Assembly (NCBI GenBank): GCA_963524945.1
Contig: CAURJV010000011.1
Coordinates: forward strand, 28,085-92,084
Direction of reading: 5' to 3'
DNA: 64,000 bases
DNA from: an uncultured Clostridium sp.
GTDB lineage: Bacteria > Bacillota > Clostridia > Clostridiales > Clostridiaceae
Shown: piece after piece, positions 41,192 to 51,732 of the stretch
Numbering within the stretch: the first letter of the stretch is position 1
Layout of the letters: every line of letters begins with the position of its first letter
Made by a program: the position numbers and the translations under genes
The notes under the pieces: generated by a model
Seen by the model: the letters and a program-made list of their open reading frames with translations, nothing else
Told to the model about the DNA's origin: nothing
Database searches by the model: none

Positions 41192-41827
41192 ATGAAAATA
41201 CATATTGAGATTGTGACAGGTTTTTTAGGAGCTGGAAAAACGTCATTTATAAATTCACTTTTAAAAGAAAGTTTAGTTGATGGAGAAAAAGTATTGGTCT
41301 TTCAATTAGAACAAGGAGAAAAAAATATTGTATATTCTAATAACATAAGTAATTTTGTAAGAATCCAGGATGTTTTAGATATTAAAGATCTTAAAGAAAA
41401 AATGATATATTCGATAAAGAAATATAAACCTAACAGAATAATAATTGAATATAATGGAACTTCTGATTTAAAAGAACTATTTGATATATTGAATGAAAGA
41501 ATTTACAGAGAATGTAGTAAGGTTACTACTGTATTCTTTGTTGCAGATGGCAAGACATTAAAGCAATATATTGACAATATGGGAGGCTTTATAATACCTT
41601 TTATACAAAACGCCAATATGATTGTCATTAATAATATAGATTATTGCAAAAAAGAAATTTTAAATGAAGGTTTTAAAAAAGTTAAGAACATAAATCCTAA
41701 AGCGTTTATTTTACGAGTTAGTAATAAGTATATTTTAAATTCTACACTTAGGGAAGCAAGGGTATTGGACAATGGATATTTAAAAAAGATAAAAATTAAA
41801 ATGATAAACTATAAAAAAAGTTATTAA
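41192..41827 (+). CDS. Short CobW-like GTPase lacking CxCC
   Basis: TGFLGAGKTS, IEYNG; no CxCC, no C-terminal domain. Confidence 0.82.
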   Translation: MKIHIEIVTGFLGAGKTSFINSLLKESLVDGEKVLVFQLEQGEKNIVYSNNISNFVRIQDVLDIKDLKEKMIYSIKKYKPNRIIIEYNGTSDLKELFDILNERIYRECSKVTTVFFVADGKTLKQYIDNMGGFIIPFIQNANMIVINNIDYCKKEILNEGFKKVKNINPKAFILRVSNKYILNSTLREARVLDNGYLKKIKIKMINYKKSY

Positions 41828-41857
41828 CATAAAATATTGGGGAAATGAGGAAAGTGC

Positions 41858-42856
41858 ATGAATCGTTATAAGAAGAAATTTAAAGCTTTCTTTATTATAA
41901 GTGTAGTAATACTATCAATATATATATACAATAAATATCCAACTCTTATATATATTGAAGTTATAGGAGATTTTGCGAGTATATTTACAAGTATAATTCT
42001 TGAGGCAATGCCATTTATCATAATAGGATCCCTCATATCTGCTATAATTCAAACATGTATATCAGAAAGGATTATTGCGAAGATAATACCTAAAGCAAAT
42101 ATTTTAGGATATTTAGGAGCAGCTTTAATAGGACTTATTTTTCCGGTTTGTGAGTGCGCAATAGTTCCTATAACAAGAAGGCTTATAAAGAAAGGTGTAC
42201 CTGTTGGGTTTGGAGTAACATTTATGCTTGCTGTACCTATAATTAATCCTGTTGTAATAATGTCTACTTACTATGCATTTTACGATAAAAAAATTATGGT
42301 GCTTCTTAGAATAGTTGGAGGATTTATAGCTGCAATTTTAATTGGGATGATAGTAAATTCACTTGAAAAAGATAAGAAAGGTTTAGTAATAGATTTTATA
42401 GATAATGATAGCTATTGTAACTGCGGATGTAATTCATATGTGGAAAATCAAAACAAATTAAGAGCAATAATTGAACATACAAATAGAGAGTTCTTGGATA
42501 TAATGGGATACCTAATACTTGGGACATTTATATCTAGTGTATTTCAAGTGGCAGTATCTCATGGAGAAATAAACTTTATTTCTAATAATAAGATTTTGGG
42601 AATAGTTGTAATGATGTTGCTTGGATTCTTTTTATCTCTTTGTTCGGAAGTAGATGCATTCGTAGGAAAAAGTTTTTTAACTAACTACTCACTTAGTGGG
42701 GTTACAGCATTTTTAATTTTAGGTCCAATGCTTGATTTGAAAAATCTTATTATGATTATTGGGGCTTTTAAAAAGAGTTTTGTACTTAAATTAAGTATAA
42801 GTACAATAGTTGTTGTATTTGTAATCTCCTTTTTATTCATGATGTGCGGAATATAA
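41858..42856 (+). CDS. DUF318 (YcgR-like) permease
   Basis: FPVCECAIVP, LAVPIINP, LCSEVDAF, GPMLDLKN. Confidence 0.9.
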   Translation: MNRYKKKFKAFFIISVVILSIYIYNKYPTLIYIEVIGDFASIFTSIILEAMPFIIIGSLISAIIQTCISERIIAKIIPKANILGYLGAALIGLIFPVCECAIVPITRRLIKKGVPVGFGVTFMLAVPIINPVVIMSTYYAFYDKKIMVLLRIVGGFIAAILIGMIVNSLEKDKKGLVIDFIDNDSYCNCGCNSYVENQNKLRAIIEHTNREFLDIMGYLILGTFISSVFQVAVSHGEINFISNNKILGIVVMMLLGFFLSLCSEVDAFVGKSFLTNYSLSGVTAFLILGPMLDLKNLIMIIGAFKKSFVLKLSISTIVVVFVISFLFMMCGI

Positions 42857-42908
42857 AGATGCACTTTAAATGATAGCAATTTAAATATAAAAAGGAGCTG
42901 AAAAATAA

Positions 42909-43652
42909 GTGAAAAGATTTAATTTTGATGAGTTTTTATGGTTTATTGTTCTTATATTTCTAGACTTGTCCATAATATATTTAATATCTACTGGAAGTAT
43001 AGGTTTTTATATAGGTAGCAATATGATTAAATATTTTTATATTTCTATAATAATGATAAGTATAATTACTGTTTTTCAAATAAAAAATATATTTACACCT
43101 AAAGGCAGCATGAATATTAAAATAAAATTGTTTCCAATAATACTAGCCTTAATAATAGGTTTCATATCGATTAATAAGCAACAAACATTTAAACATTCGG
43201 AGCTGAATTTAGAAATTTTAGAAAACAAAACGAGTGTTATTGATAGAAAGTCATTATATGAACATGAATTTGAGTATAACTTTAATAAGAGCAACATAAG
43301 AAACAATGAAGAAACTATAAGAATTGACGAACATAATCCTACAATGCTTGATGATATACGGATTAATCCAGAAAAATATATAGGGAAAAAGTTAGAAATA
43401 CATGGATTTGTATGCAAAGAAAATTACTTAAACAAAAATCAAATAATTATAGGGAGAATTATAATGACATGCTGTGCTGCTGATTCAAAAATTGTTGGAA
43501 TAGTAGGAGATTATGATAAGTCTTACCAACTAAAGGAGAATGATAAGATTAAGGTTATAGGGGAAGTAGGTAGCTCGGTGATTAAGGATGAAAGCAATGT
43601 AGAGCATAAAATACCATCTATAAAAATAGAAAAATTAGAGATAGAAAATTAA
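42909..43652 (+). CDS. TIGR03943/DUF1980 (YcgQ-like) permease subunit
   Basis: Three N-terminal TMs, YIGKK..I.GFV, R..MTCCAAD. Confidence 0.85.
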   Translation: MKRFNFDEFLWFIVLIFLDLSIIYLISTGSIGFYIGSNMIKYFYISIIMISIITVFQIKNIFTPKGSMNIKIKLFPIILALIIGFISINKQQTFKHSELNLEILENKTSVIDRKSLYEHEFEYNFNKSNIRNNEETIRIDEHNPTMLDDIRINPEKYIGKKLEIHGFVCKENYLNKNQIIIGRIIMTCCAADSKIVGIVGDYDKSYQLKENDKIKVIGEVGSSVIKDESNVEHKIPSIKIEKLEIEN

Positions 43653-43654
43653 AG

Positions 43655-43725
43655 TTAAACGTATATTCATGGAAATCACTAATAAAAGTAATTTATTAGA
43701 TAAAAAAGCATGAATATACGTTTAA
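43655..43725. terminator. Inverted repeat between convergent genes
   Basis: TTAAACGTATATTCATG / CATGAATATACGTTTAA, 17-bp perfect arms. Confidence 0.7.
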
Positions 43726-43788
43726 TATGCTTTGATTTAAATTTTAATAGTGTAGTATTTTATATACAAAATCCACAAACTCTTATAA

Positions 43789-44367
43789 TTATTTAGAAGG
43801 ATCTGATAAAATAATTGTTACATAAGAAATTTTACCATTTGGTTCATTATTAGAAACTACATTGATCTTAAATGTATCAAATTTATTATTCCATTCAAGT
43901 CCAGCAGGGGAAATTGTAGCATCAGAATCATCTGCGTTTATGCCTACTAATTTTAAGATATTAATTCCATCAGCTGGAAATTTCATTTCTGACTTAGGAA
44001 TTATCTTAATTTCATTACATTTTGAGTTGTTATATTTTATTTCAAAACTATAATCATCTTTTTCATAGGTAGCTTTACCATCTTCTTCACTAATAGCTTT
44101 TCCTAAAAGTTTCTCAACTTCACTCTTATCTTTATCCTTAAAATCAGTTAAAGAAGCAATTTGCTTAACTTCTACAGTAGGTTTGTTATTTTCACCAACT
44201 ATTTTAGAATTACTTTGAGAAGATTGTTCAGTTGTAGATGCTGTGGAAGACTGCTCCGTTGTACTTTCATTATTCAAATTTGCAGAAGCTTTAGTTTTTC
44301 CACAAGATATTAATGCAGTTGAACTAATTGCTGCAACTAACAATAGACTAATGATTTTCTTTTTCAT
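43789..44367 (-). CDS. Hypothetical lipoprotein
   Basis: MKKK + hydrophobic stretch + LISC-G lipobox, S/T-rich linker with repeated STTEQSS. Confidence 0.82.
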   Translation of the reverse strand: MKKKIISLLLVAAISSTALISCGKTKASANLNNESTTEQSSTASTTEQSSQSNSKIVGENNKPTVEVKQIASLTDFKDKDKSEVEKLLGKAISEEDGKATYEKDDYSFEIKYNNSKCNEIKIIPKSEMKFPADGINILKLVGINADDSDATISPAGLEWNNKFDTFKINVVSNNEPNGKISYVTIILSDPSK

Positions 44368-44959
44368 AAAAATTTTCCTCCAACATATGTGTATATTTTA
44401 GTGAGTTTTTTTGCATATAAATTCTAAGTAACATAGTTCACCCTATATAAATTATACTTGATAAGTTAAGATAAACTTTGATGGATTGAACTTTTTAGAA
44501 CATATGCAAATTTACATCACTGCCAATTATAACACTGATCAATTTAGGTAATTGTTTACTTAAGAAAGCTTTAATAAAATAATAATTTATTCTTAATTAT
44601 TATAATTAGGAAAATCAATGAAAGAGAATTATAGATTGAAGTGAAGGCTAATTTATAATTCTCTGCTTTTTATATAAAAAATTATTAGATTTGAGATGAA
44701 AGAATCTATAGAGATTTAAGTAATATGTTATCAATAATGAAAGGATACTTATTTCAGTTATTAATGTGAAATAGGTATCCATGTATTAATTTATTGAAGT
44801 TTTATTTAAAATTTGATTAGGTGTTAACAATGAAATTTGTACTTATTAAATTTATTATTACACATGTTGAAATTAAATTTCTACATTCTTTATCTGATTA
44901 AGCACTTAGCTTACTAAAATTTTAAATGTAATTTTAGTATTGCAACATATATTGAGAAA

Positions 44960-46135
44960 TTATTTTTTTTGAGAGTATTGCTTAGAATTATAATTAGTAT
45001 CTTCCAAAACTCCGCCAAAAACCTTCTTTTCTTCAAATTTTATACTAAATTCTCTCTCATATTTTTTTATTATATTAAGCTGTTGAACAGTTAAAATACA
45101 TATAGAAGTACCATGAGCGTTTCCTCTAGCAGTTCTTCCAGATCTATGGAGATATTCATTTAATTTTAATGGTAAATCTAAATGGAATACATGAGTTATA
45201 TCCGCAACATCAAGACCACGAGCTGTAACATCTGATGAGACTAGTATTTTTATTTTACCTGCTCTAAAGCTTTCAATTGCGAGTTTTCTATCTTCCTTAG
45301 AAATCTTTCCGGTCATAGCAAAACAATCTTTGCTATGATAATTAAGTTTGGCTGTTGTTAATTCAATATCCTCATTGTTATTGACAAAGATGATTGCTTT
45401 TTCTGGTTTCGCAGCCACAAGAACTTTTCTTAAGGTTTCAAACTTATCACGTCTTTCACATAAGATAAACATATGCTCAATATTAGGATTTATTAAAGGC
45501 TTATCTTCACTTTTTATTATTATTGGTTCCTTCATTAGAGACTTCGCAGTTTCTAATGTTTCAGGTTTTATAGATGCTGAAAATAGCATAAGCTGTCTAT
45601 CCCTCATTGTTGATTTAACAATGTCTTTAGTAACATTAGATCTCTTCGGATCTAATAAATTATCTCCTTCATCAATTATTATTGTTTTTATAGTATGGGC
45701 AGTTATTTTTTTCTTTCGAATTAAATCTAGAATTCTACCTGTTGAACCAACAATTATATGAGGTTTTATTTCTTTAAGTTTTTTTATTTGATTATTTATA
45801 TTAACGTCACCAATAATAGATAGTGAAGTTATAGGAAATGATGAGTTCTCAGCAAGAAGCTTAATTTGATCTTCTATTTGTTTAGCAAGTTCATGTGTTG
45901 GAGCCAATATTAATCCTTGCATTTCTCTCTTTGATGTATCTACTTTATGAAAAAGAGGCAATAGATAAGCTAATGTTTTACCGCTTCCTGTAAAGGCTTC
46001 ACCAATTATATCTTTGCCCTCAAGAGCAGGTAAAATAGAAGAGGATTGAATTGAAGTTGGTATATTAATTCCTTGTTTTTGTAGCCCTTCTATTATACTT
46101 GAATTTAAATTTAAATCACTAAATGAGTTAATCAT
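44960..46135 (-). CDS. DEAD-box-family RNA helicase (DEGD variant)
   Basis: TGSGKT, PTHEL, DEGD, SAS, ARGLD, HRSGRTAR. Confidence 0.92.
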   Translation of the reverse strand: MINSFSDLNLNSSIIEGLQKQGINIPTSIQSSSILPALEGKDIIGEAFTGSGKTLAYLLPLFHKVDTSKREMQGLILAPTHELAKQIEDQIKLLAENSSFPITSLSIIGDVNINNQIKKLKEIKPHIIVGSTGRILDLIRKKKITAHTIKTIIIDEGDNLLDPKRSNVTKDIVKSTMRDRQLMLFSASIKPETLETAKSLMKEPIIIKSEDKPLINPNIEHMFILCERRDKFETLRKVLVAAKPEKAIIFVNNNEDIELTTAKLNYHSKDCFAMTGKISKEDRKLAIESFRAGKIKILVSSDVTARGLDVADITHVFHLDLPLKLNEYLHRSGRTARGNAHGTSICILTVQQLNIIKKYEREFSIKFEEKKVFGGVLEDTNYNSKQYSQKK

Positions 46136-46450
46136 TAATTTCTCCTTTTATAGTTGAATAATTTTTTTGATATATTGCTAATTAATTATATCCTTATTAT
46201 GTGCATTTTTCTAGTTAAAGTTACATAATCCCACAGATATATTATCTGATATAGAATGATTATATATTTATGTAAAAAAACTACTCTCTAAATTAAAATT
46301 TAGATTTAAAGTATAAATTGCATTAAAACAATGAGAAAATAAACAAACAAATAGTGTTTGAAAAATAGATAAGAATGGTATAATAAGAAAGATTTATATA
46401 ATTTCTGATTAATATAATTTAATAAAATAATTGAGGTGAAAATTTAATAT

Positions 46451-47893
46451 ATGAATAATGAATTCACTAAATTTAAAATAAGTGATGAAATACTAAAATC
46501 AATCGAGGGACTTGGTTATAAAAATCCATCAAAAGTTCAAGAAAAAGTTATCCCAGAGATACTTTTGAATAAAGATATCATAGTTAAATCACAAACGGGA
46601 AGTGGAAAGACGGCAGCTTTTGGGATTCCTTTATGTGAGAAAGTGGATTGGAATGAAAATATCCCACAAATTTTAGTATTAACACCTACGAGAGAACTCG
46701 CTGTTCAAGTAAGTGAAGATATAACTAATATAGGAAGGTTTAAAAGAATAAAATCTGTTTCGATTTTTGGTAAAGAACCTATCTCAGAACAGGAGAGAAA
46801 ATTGAAACAGAAGACACACGTAGTGGTTGGAACTCCAGGGAGAATTCTAGATCATATAGATAGAGGAAGCCTTGATGTAACTCAAATTAAATATTTTGTT
46901 ATAGATGAGGCTGATGAAATGCTTAATATGGGATTTATAGGGCAAGTTGAAGGAATTATTAGAAGACTTCCAAAGAAAAAAGTTACTATGTTATTTTCAG
47001 CAACAATACCAGAGGAAATAAAGGTATTGTGTGATAAATATCTGAATAAGCCTGTAGATATAAGCATTGATAATCAAAGACTTATTAACGAAAATATAGA
47101 TCATAATTTATATTATACTAATTATGAAGATAAGATAGAAAAACTAAATGATATTTTAATAACTGAGAAACCTGAAACAGTAGTTATATTTGCAAAAACT
47201 AAAGAGAATGTAGATAAAGTGTTTCAATGGTTAAAATCTAAGGGGTACTCGGTAAATAGAATACATGGAGGAATGCTTCAAAAAGAAAGATTAAGCATTA
47301 TGGATGGCTTTAGATCGGGTGATTTTAGAATACTTGTGTCCACAGATCTAGCTTCAAGAGGAATCGATGTTAAAGGAATTACTCATGTAATAAATTATGA
47401 TCTTCCAGTAGAGAAGGAAGCATATGTACATAGAATAGGGCGAACAGGAAGAGCAGGGGAAAAAGGGAAGGCAATAAGCTTCTGTGTTAATGAAAAAGAT
47501 AAGCTTTTAAGTGAAATTGAAGAGTTTATTGGATTCAAAATTCCCGTTTATAATTTGCCTGAGAAAAAAACAGTTGAAATGGAAAAAGACGAAGGAGTTA
47601 AAACACTTAGAAGTAAACCTAAAAGAAAAGAAGAAAAATCAAAATCTATAAATAACAATATAACAAAAATTTATTTAAATGGAGGTAAAAAAAAGAAGAT
47701 CCGTGCCGGAGATATAGTTGGTGCTATTTGTAAAATAGATGGTATTAAATCTGAAGATATTGGAATCATAGATGTTCAAGATTCAGTATCATATGTTGAT
47801 ATATTAAATGGAAAAGGAAAACGAGTTATAGATGAATTAAAAAATATAACTATAAAAGGTAAAATTATTAAAGCTGAAAAAGCAAAAAAGTAA
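46451..47893 (+). CDS. dbpA: DEAD-box RNA helicase with DbpA-type RNA-binding domain
   Basis: TGSGKT, PTREL, DEAD, SAT, HRIGRTGR, C-terminal GGKKKKIRAGDIVGA. Confidence 0.88.
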   Translation: MNNEFTKFKISDEILKSIEGLGYKNPSKVQEKVIPEILLNKDIIVKSQTGSGKTAAFGIPLCEKVDWNENIPQILVLTPTRELAVQVSEDITNIGRFKRIKSVSIFGKEPISEQERKLKQKTHVVVGTPGRILDHIDRGSLDVTQIKYFVIDEADEMLNMGFIGQVEGIIRRLPKKKVTMLFSATIPEEIKVLCDKYLNKPVDISIDNQRLINENIDHNLYYTNYEDKIEKLNDILITEKPETVVIFAKTKENVDKVFQWLKSKGYSVNRIHGGMLQKERLSIMDGFRSGDFRILVSTDLASRGIDVKGITHVINYDLPVEKEAYVHRIGRTGRAGEKGKAISFCVNEKDKLLSEIEEFIGFKIPVYNLPEKKTVEMEKDEGVKTLRSKPKRKEEKSKSINNNITKIYLNGGKKKKIRAGDIVGAICKIDGIKSEDIGIIDVQDSVSYVDILNGKGKRVIDELKNITIKGKIIKAEKAKK

Positions 47894-48207
47894 GTATGTT
47901 AATATAAAATTTTAAAGGATGTTAACATAAATAATATTAAGTGGTATTATAGATATTGAATAGATGATCTTATTAAATATAGGAAGTAGCCACTATATTA
48001 ATGCAAATCTTTTTACTTTATAAAATGGTATGTAACAGATTATTTTAAGGAAGTTAAGTTTAAAACATCAAAATTTTGACAAAGAATAGAATATAGATGA
48101 GCATTTAAATTAGTTTAGGTGTATTATATATATAGCTGAATATCTGATGACAAAAAACTAAAATATTAGTAAGAGATAATATATTATAAAGAGGTGTTAT
48201 AAAAATA

Positions 48208-49077
48208 ATGATTTTAGATAGAAATGAAAAATGTTGGTGTGGTAGTGGTTTGAAATACAAAAAATGTCATTTAGAATTTGATGAGAAAATTGAAAGTTTT
48301 AAAAGAAAAGGTCATATAGTCCCACCAAGAAATATTATAAAAAGCTCAAAGGATATCGAAGGAATCAAAAGAAGTGCTAAAATTAATGATGGAGTTTTAG
48401 ACTTAGTTGCAAGTAAAATTAGAGCAGGAATGAGCACAGCGGATATAGATAAATTAGTATATGATTATACTATAGAACATGGAGCAATCCCAGCACCATT
48501 GAACTTTGAAGGCTTTCCAAAGAGTGTTTGTACATCAATAAATAATGAAGTATGCCATGGAATCCCGGACGAAAATATTATAGTCAAAGATGGAGATATT
48601 ATAAATGTAGATGTTTCTACGATTTTGGATGGATATTATTCGGATGCGTCTAGAATGTTTATGATTGGCAATGTTAGCGAAGAAGCTAAAAGATTAGTAG
48701 AAGTAGCCAGAGAATGTATGGTAAAAGGAATTGAAGCTATAAAACCTTGGGGATTCTTAGGAGATATAGGAGCAGCATGTCAGGAACATGCTCATAAAAA
48801 CGGATATACAATAGTAAGAGCATTAGGTGGACATGGAATAGGTAATGAATTTCATGAAGATCCATTTGTTCCTCATATAGGGGAGAAAGGAACTGGAATG
48901 TTGCTTGTTCCTGGAATGATTCTTACAGTGGAACCAATGGTTAATCAAGGAACTTATGATGTTTTTGTCGATGAAGAAAATGAATGGACTATTTATACAG
49001 CCGATGATAAATTATCAGCTCAGTGGGAGCATACAGTGTTAATAACTGAGACTGGAATAGAAATTTTAGCTAAGTAA
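48208..49077 (+). CDS. map: Methionine aminopeptidase type I with N-terminal SEC-C motif
   Basis: RNEKCWCGSGLKYKKCH; CHGIP, DASR, GHGIG..FHE, EPM, SAQWEHT. Confidence 0.95.
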   Translation: MILDRNEKCWCGSGLKYKKCHLEFDEKIESFKRKGHIVPPRNIIKSSKDIEGIKRSAKINDGVLDLVASKIRAGMSTADIDKLVYDYTIEHGAIPAPLNFEGFPKSVCTSINNEVCHGIPDENIIVKDGDIINVDVSTILDGYYSDASRMFMIGNVSEEAKRLVEVARECMVKGIEAIKPWGFLGDIGAACQEHAHKNGYTIVRALGGHGIGNEFHEDPFVPHIGEKGTGMLLVPGMILTVEPMVNQGTYDVFVDEENEWTIYTADDKLSAQWEHTVLITETGIEILAK

Positions 49078-49160
49078 TATATAAGGTAGTTAAAAGTGGT
49101 TTTTAAATCAATTTTGGCTACCTTGTTTAATGGAAGTATTAATCTAAGGAGTATTATTAA

Positions 49161-51611
49161 ATGGATAATGTAGCTTTAAATTATTTGGAGAAATATTATG
49201 GATATAAGTCATTTAGAAAAGGGCAAGAAGACATAATAAGCAAAATAATAAATGGAGAAGATGTACTTGCTATAATGCCAACTGGAGGAGGAAAGTCAAT
49301 TTGCTATCAGATACCAGCACTGATGCTAGAAGGAATAACAATAGTAATTTCTCCTCTAATATCCCTAATGAAAGATCAAGTAGATACGTTAAAAGATATG
49401 GGGATTGAAGGTGCTTTAATAAATAGTACACTGAGTGCCATAGAAGAAAAAGAAGTAATAAACAATCTGGAAAATAGTCAAATAAAGATTCTTTATATAG
49501 CGCCTGAAAGATTAGAATCTTTTGAGTTTTTGAGTGTTATTTCTAAATGTAATATTTCTCAAATAGCTGTAGATGAAGCTCATTGTATTTCTCAATGGGG
49601 ACATGATTTTAGGGGAAGTTATAGAAAAATAGCACATTTCATAAGTTTACTTCAAGAGAGGCCTATAATAACAGCATTTACTGCAACTGCATCACAGGAA
49701 GTAAGAGAAGATATAGTAGATCTTCTTAAACTGAATAATCCAAGAGTCTTTATAACAGGTTTTGATAGAGAAAATTTATTTATAAGCGTGATTAAAAGTG
49801 GTAACAAAAAAGAATATTTATATAAATACATAGAAAATAATAAAGAAGTTTCAGGTATTATATATGCTGCAACTAGGAAAGAAGTCAATAATTTATATGA
49901 ATCTTTGCAAGCGAAAGGGTATAATGTGACTTGCTATCATGCGGGATTATCTGAAAATACTAGAAAAGAAAATCAAGAAAATTTTATATATGATAGAGCT
50001 GATATTATGATAGCTACCAATGCTTTTGGAATGGGGATAGACAAACCTAATATAAGATATGTTGTACACTATAATATGCCAAGAAATATTGAAAGTTACT
50101 ATCAAGAGATTGGAAGAGCAGGAAGAGATGGAGAAAAGAGCGAATGCGTATTATTATTTTCGCCTCAAGATGTTCAGGTCCAAAAGTATTTAATAGAAAA
50201 TTCAATAGAAGATGTAGAAAGAAAGAACAATCAATATAGAAAGCTTCAACAAATGATGGATTTTGTATATAGCAATTATTGTTATAGAAAATACGTCTTG
50301 GAGTATTTTGGAGAAACATACAATGGGCAATGTGATAATTGCAGTAATTGTTTGAGCGAAGGAGAATTTGTTGATAAGACGATAGAAGCACAAAAAGTTC
50401 TTTCATGTATATATAGAATGAAAGTTAAATTCGGAATTGGAATGCTTGTAGATGTACTTAGAGGGTCTAAAAATAAAAAAGTTATTCAATTCAATTTTAA
50501 TGAGCTGTCCACTTATGGATTAATGAAAGAATATTCAGCAGAAGATCTCAAAAACTTTATTAATACATTAATTTCTCATGGATATATTAATGTGGTTGAA
50601 GGTACATATCCAGTGTTGAGTTTAAATGATAGATCAAGAAGAGTACTAACATCTCAAGAAAAAGTTCAATTAAAAGAGTTTAGAGTAGAAAAGAAAGCTA
50701 GTGAGGATAATGAACTTTTTGAAATACTTAGAAATTTAAGGCAAGAACTAGCAAAGAAAAACAATGTTCCGCCATATATAATATTCGGCGACGTTACATT
50801 AAAAGAAATGGCTGTAAATTATCCAATATCAAAATATGAAATGCTTAAAATTTCTGGAGTTGGAGAAGTTAAATATAATAAATACGGAAAAGTATTTGAA
50901 GATGTAATACGGAATTTTGTAGAAGAACATGAAATTGAGATACCTGATCATGATGAAGTTTTATTAGGGGAACAAAAGAGTATAAATAAAGATGAAGAGT
51001 CTAGATTAGAAGTTAAAACAGACTTAGAATTATACGAGAGATTAGACAATGCAAGAAAAGAATTCGCTAAAAAAGAAAGAACTTTACCACAAGCAATACT
51101 GACAATGAATACTATAAAGGAAATAAGCGGAAGATGCCCAAGTACTTTAGATGAATTAAAAGATATAACAGGCATGGGACCTAAAAAAATAAGCTCGTAT
51201 GGAGAAAAGATAATAAATATAGTAAACGAATATTTGTCAGAAAATGATAGAAAAGTAGAGTGGATCGAAAGAAAAAGAAGAAAGGTTATAATTGATGGAG
51301 AGACTAGAGAGAATGATCAAATTTCAATAGATATGCTTAAGCAGAATACAGATGTACATGAAGTATCTCAAAAATTAGAAGTCTCAATTTCAACAATCCT
51401 AGGATATTTAACAGAGTATATAAAAGAGTTTGGAGAAAATATATTCCATGTAAATTTAGAAGAGTTTTATAATGAAGAAGATGAAAAGCTAATAATAGAT
51501 GTATGTCAAAAGTATGGATATGATAAGATAAATGTATTAAAAAAAGAATTGCCTTCGCATATAAAATATGAAAGCATAAGAGCTGTAATTTTAAAGCGGT
51601 ACTACTTGTAG
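49161..51611 (+). CDS. recQ: DNA helicase RecQ
   Basis: PTGGGKS, DEAHCISQWGHDFR, QEIGRAGRDG, CDNC, RQC, two HRDC-like segments. Confidence 0.96.
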   Translation: MDNVALNYLEKYYGYKSFRKGQEDIISKIINGEDVLAIMPTGGGKSICYQIPALMLEGITIVISPLISLMKDQVDTLKDMGIEGALINSTLSAIEEKEVINNLENSQIKILYIAPERLESFEFLSVISKCNISQIAVDEAHCISQWGHDFRGSYRKIAHFISLLQERPIITAFTATASQEVREDIVDLLKLNNPRVFITGFDRENLFISVIKSGNKKEYLYKYIENNKEVSGIIYAATRKEVNNLYESLQAKGYNVTCYHAGLSENTRKENQENFIYDRADIMIATNAFGMGIDKPNIRYVVHYNMPRNIESYYQEIGRAGRDGEKSECVLLFSPQDVQVQKYLIENSIEDVERKNNQYRKLQQMMDFVYSNYCYRKYVLEYFGETYNGQCDNCSNCLSEGEFVDKTIEAQKVLSCIYRMKVKFGIGMLVDVLRGSKNKKVIQFNFNELSTYGLMKEYSAEDLKNFINTLISHGYINVVEGTYPVLSLNDRSRRVLTSQEKVQLKEFRVEKKASEDNELFEILRNLRQELAKKNNVPPYIIFGDVTLKEMAVNYPISKYEMLKISGVGEVKYNKYGKVFEDVIRNFVEEHEIEIPDHDEVLLGEQKSINKDEESRLEVKTDLELYERLDNARKEFAKKERTLPQAILTMNTIKEISGRCPSTLDELKDITGMGPKKISSYGEKIINIVNEYLSENDRKVEWIERKRRKVIIDGETRENDQISIDMLKQNTDVHEVSQKLEVSISTILGYLTEYIKEFGENIFHVNLEEFYNEEDEKLIIDVCQKYGYDKINVLKKELPSHIKYESIRAVILKRYYL

Positions 51612-51732
51612 TGAACTAATAAAATCTATTAGGTTATTTTGGACCAAATTAAGTACATCTAAGAATATTACTAATTTCTATTAAATATATTTAATAGTGG
51701 AATAGAAGATAGAGTAAAGAGGTGTAATTAAA

